A stretch of DNA of 64,000 nucleotides from Antedon mediterranea (lineage: Eukaryota; Animalia; Echinodermata), in assembly GCF_964355755.1 (NCBI RefSeq), contig NC_092672.1, positions 35,842,437-35,906,436 on the forward strand. Direction: 5' to 3'. Below are positions 11,840-25,100 of the stretch, piece after piece. Below the pieces are notes generated by a model, which made no database searches, was not told the DNA's origin, and saw nothing but the letters and a program-made list of their open reading frames with translations. The position numbers and the translations under genes are program-made. How positions within the stretch are numbered: position 1 is the first letter of the stretch; each line of letters opens with the position of its first letter.

Positions 11840-14800
11840 TCAAGCCTGCTGCATAATTAAATCTCTTGCAATTTGAAATGCTGCCACCAATGAGCCTAAC
11901 TGTATCTTTTCATTGGTTCCAGAAGCTAAGCGATACCTACAGAAGTAAATGAATGTAATTTGTACATATTCCAGTTTATCTTAAACAGATAAGTAGTAAA
12001 AAAAATGGTTACTTATTCTTTAAAATGTGTGCTATTAATATTAATTAATACTTACTCAACATCTGCCATTTTTTCCAGAAGGTGTACCCGGACATTGGCA
12101 GGAAATTCAACTGACAAAAAATAAATCCAATATAAAAAAAAACATATTAAATTCTCTGATTCCTGGTACAGGGTACAAGTTAAGCTCTGTCTACACTATA
12201 AAATTAGTTTGACGAAAAAAGTGTGATGTGGCCAAATATGGTAGTGATATGACCAAATATGGTAGTGATGTGACATCATGTCACATGAACACATCACATT
12301 TTTTTTGTCACATAAAGCTTGATAGTGTTGACAGAGCTTTACAAATGTTTTAAAACCACTTTAGGCTTTTAGAGCTAGGGTTATCATTATAGTTATTACA
12401 ATACAATGAATATGATCTGAACATAATAAAAAGATCTTGATATACCTTTGTGCACATAAGTATGAACTTCTGTGAGAATATCCTGCAGAGCTAATCCTTT
12501 CAGAGTTTTTAGATTTAAAATATCTTTATTTGGATATATAAGGAAAACATTTCCCATATATCTAAACTGGTATTCTTGCCAATGTAATTTACAATTAGGT
12601 TAGGCCTTCCTTTTTTCTTTCTATAGTTTTAAAGGCCAACAACCAACACCTAAAAGAGTATTTTTCAAACGTATAGTGTAGTGTATGTGTGAACTAGGCA
12701 TCTGTAAGCTTTGTCTACACTATCAAACTAGTTTGACAAAAAAAAGTGTGATGTGCCCAAATATGGTAGTGATATGCCCAGATATGGTACTGATATGACA
12801 TCATCATGTTCATATATGGACAAATCACATTTTTTTGTCACATAAAGTTTGATAGAAGATCTTAAGAACAAACAAGTTACTGGGCTGAACTCTGCTCTTC
12901 TTGAAATTTAAAGAAAATAAAGCAAAAGGATACTATTATAAGCCGACAAGAAATCTGTATTTAACATCCAGTTCAGCATCTGTTCAATGTCTGTAGTTAG
13001 AGGGTGTCCTGTACACATGTACACATTCTCTTCATTTACAACATCATATGCCATTGACGTACTCTGAAAAAAAAAAAATATATTGCTTAATCAGTTATAT
13101 TATGGATACTATATAGGTTTTATTATTTGGCAAAATATAATTTTGCTAAGTATAGTACTTGCTATGTTACTTGGCAGAATAAATGTTGTTACTTTTGCCA
13201 ATTTTAGTACATATTTAGTATTTGTTTGTTAGCATGATAGCGCCCTAATTTTCAAGTTATCATTCTCAACATTTAAGTGTATATAGGTATATTATTACAG
13301 AACATGCCTATTGTAACTTGGTTCATTAATAACTTTACAAATAAAAAAATAATAATTTGTATTCTTTTAACATGGGCCGAAATATCAACATGCGCTCTCA
13401 GTGGCAATATTTTGCCAAGTACTTCACTCAGTTTCTAAGTTCTTTCATTTTGTTTTATTTTCTTATTTCTTTGTATTATTGAGAAAAGTGGTGCTGTAAC
13501 TTGGTGGTTAATATGCTTGCCTTCCAATCCCAAGGTTTAGGGTTCAATCCTGAGCTAGTGCTAGGGTTGTAACTCATAACTCTTTCAACTCCACTCCCTA
13601 AGTCTCAAATGAGACTTAGTTTATAAGCACGATAAATTATAGGATTGTGTAACCATCCTGTAATTGGCGAGTTACTCGCTGTTGGATGCGTATGGAAAAG
13701 AAATAAATTTCCACTTAATACAGGTGTCCCCTAACACTCTTTAATTTACGGTATTTTGTCCCTTTTGTATTGTTTCAAGTTTTTTTTTACAGATTTTATG
13801 ATCTAATACATGACAATAGCAATTAAAAAAGGAAAAAATAACGCTTTCAACCAATCCTACTAGTGTGATGTCGACTACTAAATGCAATTAATAATCTAAC
13901 ATCCATTCATCCATATCTACAGTAACCATTTTATTACAGTAGTACTTCTTCTTTGATTTACCTGTAGCATGTTCAGTGATTTCCTCATATCTCCAGTTGC
14001 TAAAGTAATTAAAGCTGTCATTCCGTCCTCTGTTACTTCAACTCTGAAACCACAAAAAACAAATTGTACAGTGTAAATAATTAACACACCTTATCAATTA
14101 ACTAACACCCTTCACATTGGTGCTGTACACTGGGGTGCTATTTGCATAATGTACAGGTGGCTCATATATCATGCAAATGCAACCTACCTTTCTTCGTTGA
14201 TGACATGTCGGAGCCTAGGTATCATCTGGTCTTGATCAAGCGGTCCAAATCTAAATCTAGTACACCTGGACTGAAGCGCTGGAATAATCTTCGACAGATA
14301 GTTACAAATCATACAGAAACGAACATTTTCTGTGTATTTTTCTATTACTGTTGAAGGAAAACAATGGAATTGATTATATTGCATTGAGGGAGAGCAGTAG
14401 AACTTGAGAATTTGAGACACCTCTATTCAGGGGACACCTTGATTTAGAGGGAACCTAGATTCAAGGAGCACTTTCCTGTAAATGAATAAGGAGTAATATA
14501 TTTTAACACTACAGGTTTCCCCTTAATACTGTATATCAATTAGTATTGGAATAAAAGCAAATTGGAAGAGACACACAGTATACACAGTCAGATGATGATT
14601 TTGGCAATATTAAGCCTTGTCTACACTATCAAATAATGTAGACAGATCTTTATTCTGCTATTGATACAAAACATCTGGATCATCTACATTTATCCATTCT
14701 TACTAACCTCGTCTGAGGGCATTCTGAGCGTCATTTGTCATAGCATCTGCTTCGTCTAGGATCACAAGTTTGAAGCCTGACCTGAAGATCGTCCTCGTGC

Positions 14801-17800
14801 TGGAAAAGCTAAGAATAGGTCCTCTAACGATACCTATACCTCTGTCATCTGATGCATTTAACTAAAAACAAAACAATAGAATTCTTTAGTATTACTATTT
14901 AAAGCTCTGTCTACAATATTTTTAAAAAATTATCATTTTAGGCAAATTATCAAGGATAACCACAAGTGAATGAATTCACTATCCTTCTCAAAGGTGGCAA
15001 TCCTGTTCACTATCAAACTAGCTTGAAAAAAAAGTGTGGTGTGCTTAAATATGGTAGTGACATACCTACACATGGTAGTGATATGACATCATCATGTCCA
15101 TATATGGGCACATCACATTTTTGTCACATAAAGTTTGATAGTGTAGACAGGGCTTTAGACTGCCTCTATTGAGGGAAATAAGTTTACTGCAAAATATAAA
15201 TGCTGCCCTCATATATTAGTTTATTACATTTTCACTGAACACTTTCCGCATTTCACCACATTCTATTGTCTTTACTTAAATATTGCTATCTTATTTATTT
15301 GCCATGGTTTTACCTCTAGAACCATTGAAGTGAATTCCTTCGGCGAGTACAGTTGTTTTGCACATGCTAGAATGGTTGATGTTTTTCCGGTACCAGGAGG
15401 GCCATAAAATAAAAGATGCGGCAGACGATCCGCTTTCATAAACTTATTAACTAAAAATAGAAGATAAAAACAGTTTAATTTTAAATTAAATACATGAAGT
15501 TTGCAATTATAGATTTTAAAAAACCTCAAAATGAAACAAAATGAATTTTCAAACCTCTGAAATTTTACATAATGCATATTTGTGTATCATTGTAATATTT
15601 TATGATTTATCCCAAGGAATATAATAAACTTTAAATGAGTGCACAAAACATATATGGAAATTGAAAGCTGTTGCTGAGTGAGGGCTGTGGAGAGGGTATG
15701 GTACAGGATATTTATATATAATGCACTTGTCAATTGTATGACCCACTATACGACCCCCGGGAGAGGTGCGTCATTTGTCCGATGTGCGTCATACTTTTGA
15801 ATACCATGACGCACCCGTGCGTCAAAAAGGTGACTTACCTTTAGGTGACCATGACGCACCCATTTTGACGCACTGTGACCATGTTGTTTATGATATGGTG
15901 GGTGGTAAAGTGACGGACATTGACACACCTTGTTCATTGATGTGACGTACCATCTAGGTTTTTTGACACACCCCTGCGTCAGTAATTATTTGTAAATGAC
16001 GCACCCATGACGCACCTCTCCCGGGGGGATGCTAGTCAAGTCGCCCCATCGCAAAGTCGCCCCATACAAAGTCGCCCCTTACACAGTCGCCCCATCGCAA
16101 AGTCGCCCCAAAACAAAGTCGCCCCGACACAGTCGCCCTATCGCAAAGTCGCCCCATCGCAAAGTCGCCCCAACGCAAAGTCGCTCCATCGCAAAGTCGC
16201 CCCATCACAAAGTCGCCCTATTGCAAAGTCGCCCCAAAACGTTAAAAAATAGTTTACAAGTGCGTAAAATGTTGCAATGATACACAAAATAACACAGAAC
16301 GTGTAGGCATAAAAGGGGAAGCCCCGCCATGTAGTCTTAGGTCACACGATCGGCACGCACCCCCATATCAGAGAGGAAGCCCCCGACTAATCACTCCGCG
16401 GTCGCACTCCGCCGTTGCCGTTGTCGCACTCTATATACAACGCACCATCTGAACCCCGCCGGAGTTTTACGATGATATCAGTCGCGTTCGAAATCGGTCG
16501 CGATAAAATGATGTTATACGATCTAGATTATTTTTACTTTGGTCGATGAATATTTATTATTATTATTAGGCCTATATTAATAATTGATTTTTGTTTTTAT
16601 TTTACAGGTCAGTATGATGAGAAAGATGTGTGGCTTAAAAAATGACAATTTGTAAACATAGTTTAAGATATAGTATTATCCAGCATAATGTCATTTAACA
16701 GTACATAGTACGTACTTATTTAAATGTGAAATATTTTATAGGAAACGTAGGCTACGTCTGTGTCTTTTATTTTATATGCAACAAATGACGTAAAACAATT
16801 TATTTATAAACATTCAGTTTACTATTATATACATAGTATTACAGTGAACATTGATTGTAAGACTCCTGGAAAGGCAATCCCATCATTATATCAATTATAA
16901 AATTGCATCATATCACCACTATAATGTCGTAAATGATAACGTGCGTGTGTGTATTTGTCGTACGTCCGTGTACGTATTATTCCGTGCCTCTTTACTGTCT
17001 TGTTTAATTTAAAATTAAATAAACACCCGATATGAGGATACTTATTAGGCATTATAATTAGAATGTTCTATAACCAAAAGGATTGAAAAGAATTGGCGAC
17101 TCGCCATCTGAAACATTCTCTGAATCCAATCGGAGCTGCGCCTTCTGGTATCTGTTTCCTCACAGCTGCTACGTCTTTCTGCTGACCGTCGGGGATTCCC
17201 CTTTTTAAAAAACACGCACACGATACTGTACGATGGTTTTTCCATGGTCAAAATGTCGCGTTTTAATTTTACTAATACCTGCATGTAAAACAATCACATC
17301 GGCGATGAAATCCCCTTTTTTTTCTTCATTTTGAAAAGTCATTATAAAATTAAGACACATAACTTGTCAATAAATGCAAAATGATCAATAAGTAGCCTAT
17401 AACACTATACGAAGGCCTACTACACATTTATACATTTATTATAGGCCTATTATCCTAAAAAAATAGCTGGTATCCACGCGTAGGTTGAAGAAAGATTCGT
17501 AATTGTGGCTCTGGTAACTAATTTTAAAATCATATTAAATTAACATTTTCGAAACTATAAATCAGGGATAATCTTTTTAGGGACTATTTTTTTAAATGAT
17601 TTTTAAAAAGCACATCACTCCATTAAAACCTGTAAAATAAAAATTAAAACACAAATTATGTATATAATAGGATAAACATTATAATGTATACGATATTTAG
17701 CGCGACCAAAGTAACAACGCAATCGATATCAAACGCACCCAATATGATTAAAACCGATAAAAACTCCGGCGGGGTTTCCCCATCTTCAGATGGTGCGTTG

Positions 17801-18808
17801 TAGAGTGCGACAACGGCAACGGCGGAGTAATTACGGGGGTTTCCCTCTCATGGTAAGCTAGCACGTTAGTGCGACCGCGGAGTGATTAGTCGGGGGCTTC
17901 CTCTCTGATATGGGGGTGCGTGCCGATCGTGTGACCTGAGACTACATGGCGGGGCTTCCCCTTTAATATGCCTACACGTTCTGTGTTATTTTGTGTATCA
18001 TTGCAACATTTTACGCACTTGTAAACTATTTTTTGACGTTTTGGGGCGACTTTGCGATGGGGCGACTTTGCGATGGGGCGACTTTGCGATGGGGCGACTT
18101 TGCGATGGGGCGACTTTGCGATGGGGCGACTGTGCCGGGGCGACTTTGTTTTGGGGCGACTTTGCGATGGGGCGACTTTGTATTGGGCGACTTTGTATGG
18201 GGCGACTTTGCGATGGGGCGACTTGACTGGATCCCTCCCGGGGGTCGTATAGTGGGTCATACAATTGACAAGTGCATAACTTTGGGCTAAATTAAAATGT
18301 CCAAGACTGAAAATCACCTACTTGTATTGATAATATCTGTGTGTGCAATAAGCTCTTCTAACTTGTTAGGTCTGTACTTCTCTACCCTGTAAAACAATTT
18401 TGATAAAAAAAAAGTTAATATTATTATTAACATAATATAAGCCAGCAGGCCCCTCCTCTAGTAGGCTAGGCCTACTAGACTCATAGGCCCTAGTCCAGTA
18501 TTTTATTTGATTGCTATCAATTATGATATTATGACTTTTAAATAGTGTAATATTGTACATGGCAAGAAAGAAACATTGCAAGACCTAGGCCTAGTAAATA
18601 GGTCAAAGATCCCATGTATAGCGGCTGTCATGTGGATTCTGCCCGAGTAGCCTGTCTGAAAAGACACGCACATGCAAGCTGGACAGGCCTAAAACTAGGC
18701 TAGGCCCCTAGCTAGGTCCTAAAACAGCTTCAGCATCAAAAACATTAGCTATCCAGCAGCTCAATAAACCTACCATGGTAAATTAGTAGAAGTAGCCTCC
18801 TTAGACAT
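11840..18808 (-). CDS. RFC5: Replication factor C subunit 5 (clamp loader AAA+ ATPase); 10 coding exons, ~330 aa
   Basis: Exons (minus) 18808-18774, 18386-18322, 15450-15314, 14861-14708, 14347-14188, 14043-13962, 13063-12934, 12523-12446, 12110-12056, 11936-11840 (993 nt). Motifs [67 protein letters not shown]. Confidence 0.96.
12524..12933 (-). other. U12-type (minor spliceosome) GT-AG intron in RFC5
   Basis: Donor GTATCCTTTT; branch-like TTTTCCTTAT shortly upstream of an AAAG acceptor with no polypyrimidine tract. Confidence 0.85.
13489..13710 (+). mobile_element. tRNA-derived SINE, family 2
   Basis: A-box-like TAACTTGGTGG, B-box GGTTCAATCC, A-rich tail. Reverse-strand copy ~60278-60517, decayed copy ~56436-56600, 3' fragment ~53985-54040. 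Confidence 0.65.
15761..16020. mobile_element. Cassette A: 260-bp MITE with GAG...CTC termini
   Basis: 14-bp TIR GAGAGGTGCGTCAT/ATGACGCACCTCTC, many internal GTGCGTCA/TGACGCAC motifs, flanked by CCGG on both sides. Confidence 0.85.
16025..18237. mobile_element. Cassette B: 2.2-kb foldback element with ~600-bp TIRs containing 14-16-bp tandem subrepeats
   Basis: About 13 AAAGTCGCCCCATCGC units on the left and about 12 inverted units on the right; inverted similarity decays inward to ~16640/17590; GGG...CTC termini; CCGG flanks. Confidence 0.88.
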
Positions 18809-19104
18809 AATTAACACGATAGTAACATGGAAATAAAAATGTAAACAACTCTAAAATTTCGCGCCACTTCTAAAATGGGTCACCTTTTTGGAAAGGGCAG
18901 ATAAATTTAAAGATGACGTCAAAGTTTGCAGTAGTCACGTGATTAATCAATGCATCGTAGTTCCAACAAAAAATGTCTGCCTGCACTTAGCCTGGGAGAA
19001 TGGGAAGAAGTTGGATATTAAACATTGATGCTTCTTTACTTTTAGTTCCTTTAGTTTGGACAATTTTTCAAAGATCTGGAAACCATTTATAGCAAGCTTT
19101 GTAT
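18809..19104. promoter_or_regulatory. Bidirectional promoter RFC5/KSR
   Basis: Start codons ~300 bp apart and divergent; TTTCGCGCCA (E2F) 18857, TGACGTCA (CRE) 18914, GTCACGTG (E-box/USF) 18934. Confidence 0.75.
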
Positions 19105-19116
19105 ATGGTTGTGAAA

Positions 19117-22100
19117 ATGTCCGAAAACGGGCTTCCTTCGGGGGATAAAGCCCTCGCGAATTTGAGGGACATACAATTTTTGATCGACCAGCGGATTTCT
19201 CATCTGCAGAAGCTGCGGGACCTGGGCCAGACTCATCAGTCGATTTCGAATGATTGGACCCCGCAGGAAATTCGGACAGCCGAGGTAAGGCCTAGCGTTG
19301 CAAAATATTTAAAATATAAAAATGTTTAATCAAAATAAGACTTAGTAGTTGAATAGTTTATTCTTTTAGGCTAGCCTATATTAGTATTTTAGGCTTCCAA
19401 ATAGGCTAGGTAGGTAGGTAAGAAATAGATAGGAGGCTACAGTCAATTTAGTAAGTTAGGAAAGAGGGGAGGGCCTAGGATAGGCGAGGCTACTAGGCCT
19501 ATTTTATATTTATTATTAATTGTTGATACAGTATTCTACTCTCTCTAGGCCTGGGTAGTAGGCCCTAGCTAGCTAGGCCAACTGGTTATTACAGTATTGT
19601 AGTTAGATCTGATACAGTAAACAAAACAAAAAAGGGTTGAGTCATGTATTGTAATTTGTATATAAAAATTAAAAAGATCACTTCCTAGTTAACTTTCAGT
19701 AAATAAATACAATAACAAGTTGATAGTGTCTGTATACAACAAAGGTTTTCATTTCAATCAGAATTAATATTGTATTGAGTTTATTTTAATATTTTTGACT
19801 TAGTAAAGCGTCTTTCACACCTGTTCCGGTCCGGCTCCAGTTCAAGCTCGCGTCAGATTGCGCGTAAAACATTAGCGACTTTTTGTTTTCACGGTGCAAC
19901 ATACGGATACGTCACATATCAAGTAAAAATATTGGCGGATAGCCGCGTGGAGTGCATCATGAAAACGAAACATTGTTATGTGATTTGATTTGCCGAACTG
20001 CAGTAGGTGTGAAAGAGGCTTAAAGAAGTGTTTATGGTGCAATTATTTTAAATACATTTTTTGTTTATGTTACATAAAGTCTGTAGTTCGAAAATTTAGC
20101 CGTAAAAATGCAATTAAAATCAATCCAGTTTCACTTAATTCTTTAAGCATCACTTACAATAAAAAAACATTATTTTATCTGCAAAGTTCAAGTCTGTAGT
20201 AACCAAAGTTGTTAAAGTTGTGTTCTCTTTGTAGCGTGCATGTAACCCCATGGTTTTGTGTAGGCCAACACTAACAGCTGGAATAAGACTTGCGAGATTT
20301 GTAATGATCTGGTATAAATTATAAGTATTGTACTATAAACATTTGATTGTTTATTTAACGCTATGTTACTGTAGTTTAAACAAAGAAGGGAAACAACCTA
20401 AAAAACCAATTCACTGAGTACTGTAAATATGAAGAAATTGGTATTATAAACACTTTTCTTGACTACTTTTAAAAATGCCTGAATTGTTGCTTTACCTCGC
20501 ACATAATGCTACTACCCAGGCCAACTACAATTGTATTGTACAGTACAGTACATGCACTGTGCTTTGCTATGAAACCTAAGTACTGTAGTGTAAGAAAGAT
20601 TACATCTGCTTAAAAAAAAAAAAAAAAAAAAAAATTCTGATGCTACAGTATTTATTGTGTTGTGTTACCTTGTGATGTTCACTTAAATAATGTACTCTGT
20701 TGAACCCTAATAGAAAATGGTCATGTGACTAATAATGTATCATCAATTCAATGGAAGTAAAGGTTATATTCAACTTAGTACCTTTTATCTTTTCACCTGC
20801 AGAGAACTCTTATATAAACAGTGTTTGACACGTATGTTGAAATATTGAATAAAACTGAATTGTGTATGGTATCTAAAGCTTTGTCTATACTATTAAAATA
20901 GTTTGAGAAAAAAAGTGTGATGTGCCCAACTATGGTAGTGATATGACATCATCATCATAATACATACACAGTACTGTACATTAGATATAATATTTAATCT
21001 GTTGGTGTTTCTGAGAACGCTACCAATATTTAAAATAATGTTTTTTTGTTTTCATTATGGGATTTTAAAGTACTTTTTTTGAAAATTAGTCTCTAATTTG
21101 AGCGTTTTTGTTTATAAAAAAATGTAATTGAGGTTAATCATAGATGAATACAATGGTTTTACAATAGTAGTAATATGTAAATTAAGCAGCTATATAATAC
21201 TGGATAGTAATCCTTCAATGTCCCTCTGGCATAATACCAACTGTGAAACAATGAAAAAATTAGGAAATCAAGAACAATATTTAGTAATTGTCATAACCAC
21301 GTAATGGAGTGACTTCATTTTTTTCTCAATAAACTCCCCAATGGATCTGTTTGTGGACCCTGGGCTTACCAAGTATTCTGTAATATATCTTACACTAAAT
21401 ATCAATAGAAAATTATGAAATTTGTGTAGTACTCATGAACTTAATCATGAATTAACATCTACAGTACATTTTCGGCTTCCTTTCACATTTAGCCTCATGT
21501 CAACAGTGAGTGTTACTTGTAGCACTCATCTAAGAAACCTCTGTTGGTACTATATAGTTCATTGAATGTGAATGGTTTTTTGGCACCTACTCTACCCCAC
21601 TGTAACTTGTTGGCACCTACTCTACCCCACTGTAACTTGTTGGCACCTACTCTACCCCACTGTAACTTGTTGGCACCTACTCTACCCCACTGTAACTTGT
21701 TGGCACCTACTCTACCCCACTGTAACTTGTTGGCACCTACTCTACCCCACTGTAACTTGTTGGCACCTACTCTACCCACTGTAACTTGTTGGCACCTACT
21801 CTACCCCACTGTAACTTGTTGGCACCTACTCTACCCCACTGTAACTTGTTGGCACCTACTCTACCCACTGTAACTTGTTGGCACCTACTCTACCCACTGT
21901 AACTTGTTGGCACCTACTCTACCCCACTGTAACTTGTTGGCACCTACTCTACCCACTGTAACTTGTTGGCACCTACTCTACCCACTGTAACTTGTTGGCA
22001 CCTACTCTACCCACTGTAACTTGTTGGCACCTACTCTACCCACTGTAACTTGTTGGCACCTACTCTACCCACTGTAACTTGTTGGCACCTACTCTACCCA

Positions 22101-25100
22101 CTGTAACTTGTTGGCACCTACTCTACCCACTGTAACTTGTTGGCACCTACTCTACCCACTGTAACTTGTTGGCACCTACTCTACCCCACTGTAACTTGTT
22201 GGCACCTACTCTACCCACTGTAACTTGTTGGCACCTACTCTACCCACTGTAACTTGTTGGCACCTACTCTACCCACTGTAACTTGTTGGCACCTACTCTA
22301 CCCACTGTAACTTGTTGGCACCTACTCTACCCACTGTAACTTGTTGGCACCTACTCTACCCCACTGTAACTTGTTGGCACCTACTCTACCCACTGTAACT
22401 TGTTGGCACCTACTCTACCCACTGTAACTTGTTGGCACCTACTCTACCCACTGTAACTTGTTGGCACCTACTCTACCCACTGTAACTTGTTGGCACCTAC
22501 TCTACCCACTGTAACTTGTTGGCACCTACTCTACCCCACTGTAACTTGTTGGCACCTACTCTACCCACTGTAACTTGTTGGCACCTACTCTACCCACTGT
22601 AACTTGTTGGCACCTACTCTACCCACTGTAACTTGTTGGCACCTACTCTACCCCACTGTAACTTGTTGGCACCTACTCTACCCACTGTAACTTGTTGGCA
22701 CCTACTCTACCCCACTGTAACTTGTTGGCACCTACTCTACCCCACTGTAACTTGTTGGCACCTACTCTACCCACTGTAACTTGTTGGCACCTACTCTACC
22801 CACTGTAACTTGTTGGCACCTACTCTACCCACTGTAACTTGTTGGCACCTACTCTACCCCACTGTAACTTGTTGGCACCTACTCTACCCCACTGTAACTT
22901 GTTGGCACCTACTCTACCCACTGTAACTTGTTGGCACCTACTCTACCCACTGTAACTTGTTGGCACCTACTCTACCCCACTGTAACTTGTTGGCACCTAC
23001 TCTACCCACTGTAACTTGTTGGCACCTACTCTACCCACTGTAACTTGTTGGCACCTACTCTACCCACTGTAACTTGTTGGCACCTACTCTACCCACTGTA
23101 ACTTGTTGGCACCTACTCTACCCCACTGTAACTTGTTGGCACCTACTCTACCCACTGTAACTAGTTGGCACCTACTCTACCCCACTGTAACTTGTTGGCA
23201 CCTACTCTACCCCACTGTAACTTGTTGGCACCTACTCTACCCCACTGTAACTTGTTGGCACCTACTCTACCCCACTGTAACTTGTTGGCACCTACTCTAC
23301 CCACTGTAACTTGTTGGCACCTACTCTACCCACTGTAACTTGTTGGCACCTACTCTACCCCACTGTAACTTGTTGGCACCTACTCTACCCCACTGTAACT
23401 TGTTGGCACCTACTCTACCCACTGTAACTTGTTGGCACCTACTCTACCCCACTGTAACTTGTTGGCACCTACTCTACCCCACTGTAACTTGTTGGCACCT
23501 ACTCTACCCCACTGTAACTTGTTGGCACCTACTCTACCCACTGTAACTAGTTGGCACCTACTCTACCCACTGTAACTTGTTGGCACCTACTCTACCCCAC
23601 TGTAACTTGTTGGCACCTACTCTACCCCACTGTAACTTGTTGGCACCTACTCTACCCACTGTAACTTGTTGGCACCTACTCTACCCCACTGTAACTTGTT
23701 GGCACCTACTCTACCCCACTGTAACTTGTTGGCACCTACTCTACCCCACTGTAACTAGTTGGCACCTACTCTACCCCACTGTAACTTGTTGGCACCTACT
23801 CTACCCCACTGTAACTTGTTGGCACCTACTCTACCCCACTGTAACTTGTTGGCACCTACTCTACCCACTGTAACTAGTTGGCACCTACTCTACCCACTGT
23901 AACTTGTTGGCACCTACTCTACCCCACTGTAACTTGTTGGCACCTACTCTACCCCACTGTAACTTGTTGGCACCTACTCTACCCCACTGTAACTTGTTGG
24001 CACCTACTCTACCCCACTGTAACTTGTTGGCACCTACTCTACCCCACTGTAACTTGTTGGCACCTACTCTACCCACTGTAACTTGTTGGCACCTACTCTA
24101 CCCACTGTAACTTGTTGGCACCTACTCTACCCACTGTAACTTGTTGGCACCTACTCTACCCCACTGTAACTTGTTGGCACCTACTCTACCCACTGTAACT
24201 TGTTGGCACCTACTCTACCCACTGTAACTAGTTGGCACCTACTCTACCCACTGTAACTTGTTGGCACCTACTCTACCCACTGTAACTTGTTGGCACCTAC
24301 TCTACCCACTGTAACTTGTTGGCACCTACTCTACCCACTGTAACTTGTTGGCACCTACTCTACCCACTGTAACTTGTTGGCACCTACTCTACCCACTGTA
24401 ACTTGTTGGCACCTACTCTACCCACTGTAACTTGTTGGCACCTACTCTACCCCACTGTAACTTGTTGGCACCTACTCTACCCCACTGTAACTTGTTGGCA
24501 CCTACTCTACCCCACTGTAACTTGTTGGCACCTACTCTACCCCACTGTAACTTGTTGGCACCTACTCTACCCACTGTAACTTGTTGGCACCTACTCTACC
24601 CACTGTAACTTGTTGGCACCTACTCTACCCCACTGTAACTTGTTGGCACCTACTCTACCCCACTGTAACTTGTTGGCACCTACTCTACCCCACTGTAACT
24701 TGTTGGCACCTACTCTACCCACTGTAACTTGTTGGCACCTACTCTACCCACTGTAACTTGTTGGCACCTACTCTACCCCACTGTAACTTGTTGGCACCTA
24801 CTCTACCCACTGTAACTTGTTGGCACCTACTCTACCCACTGTAACTAGTTGGCACCTACTCTACCCACTGTAACTAGTTGGCACCTACTCTACCCACTGT
24901 AACTTGTTGGCACCTACTCTACCCACTGTAACTTGTTGGCACCTACTCTACCCACTGTAACTTGTTGGCACCTACTCTACCCCACTGTAACTTGTTGGCA
25001 CCTACTCTACCCACTGTAACTTGTTGGCACCTACTCTACCCCACTGTAACTTGTTGGCACCTACTCTACCCACTGTAACTTGTTGGCACCTACTCTACCC

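Larger units (their letters stand above)
15722..18276. mobile_element. Composite element: palindromic arms (TAA flanks) enclosing two TIR cassettes joined by CCGG
   Basis: Arm 15722-15756 is the exact reverse complement of 18242-18276; CCGG at 15757, 16021 and 18238; TAA at 15719-15721 and 18277-18279. Confidence 0.9.

Noticed and set aside
17045-17293. Transposase remnant inside cassette B
   Set aside because: No DDE, zinc-finger or other motif recognisable by eye; left unassigned pending a profile search.
16007-18317. ORFs rich in [14 protein letters not shown] / [14 protein letters not shown]
   Set aside because: Translations of 16-bp TIR subrepeats, open in several frames on both strands.
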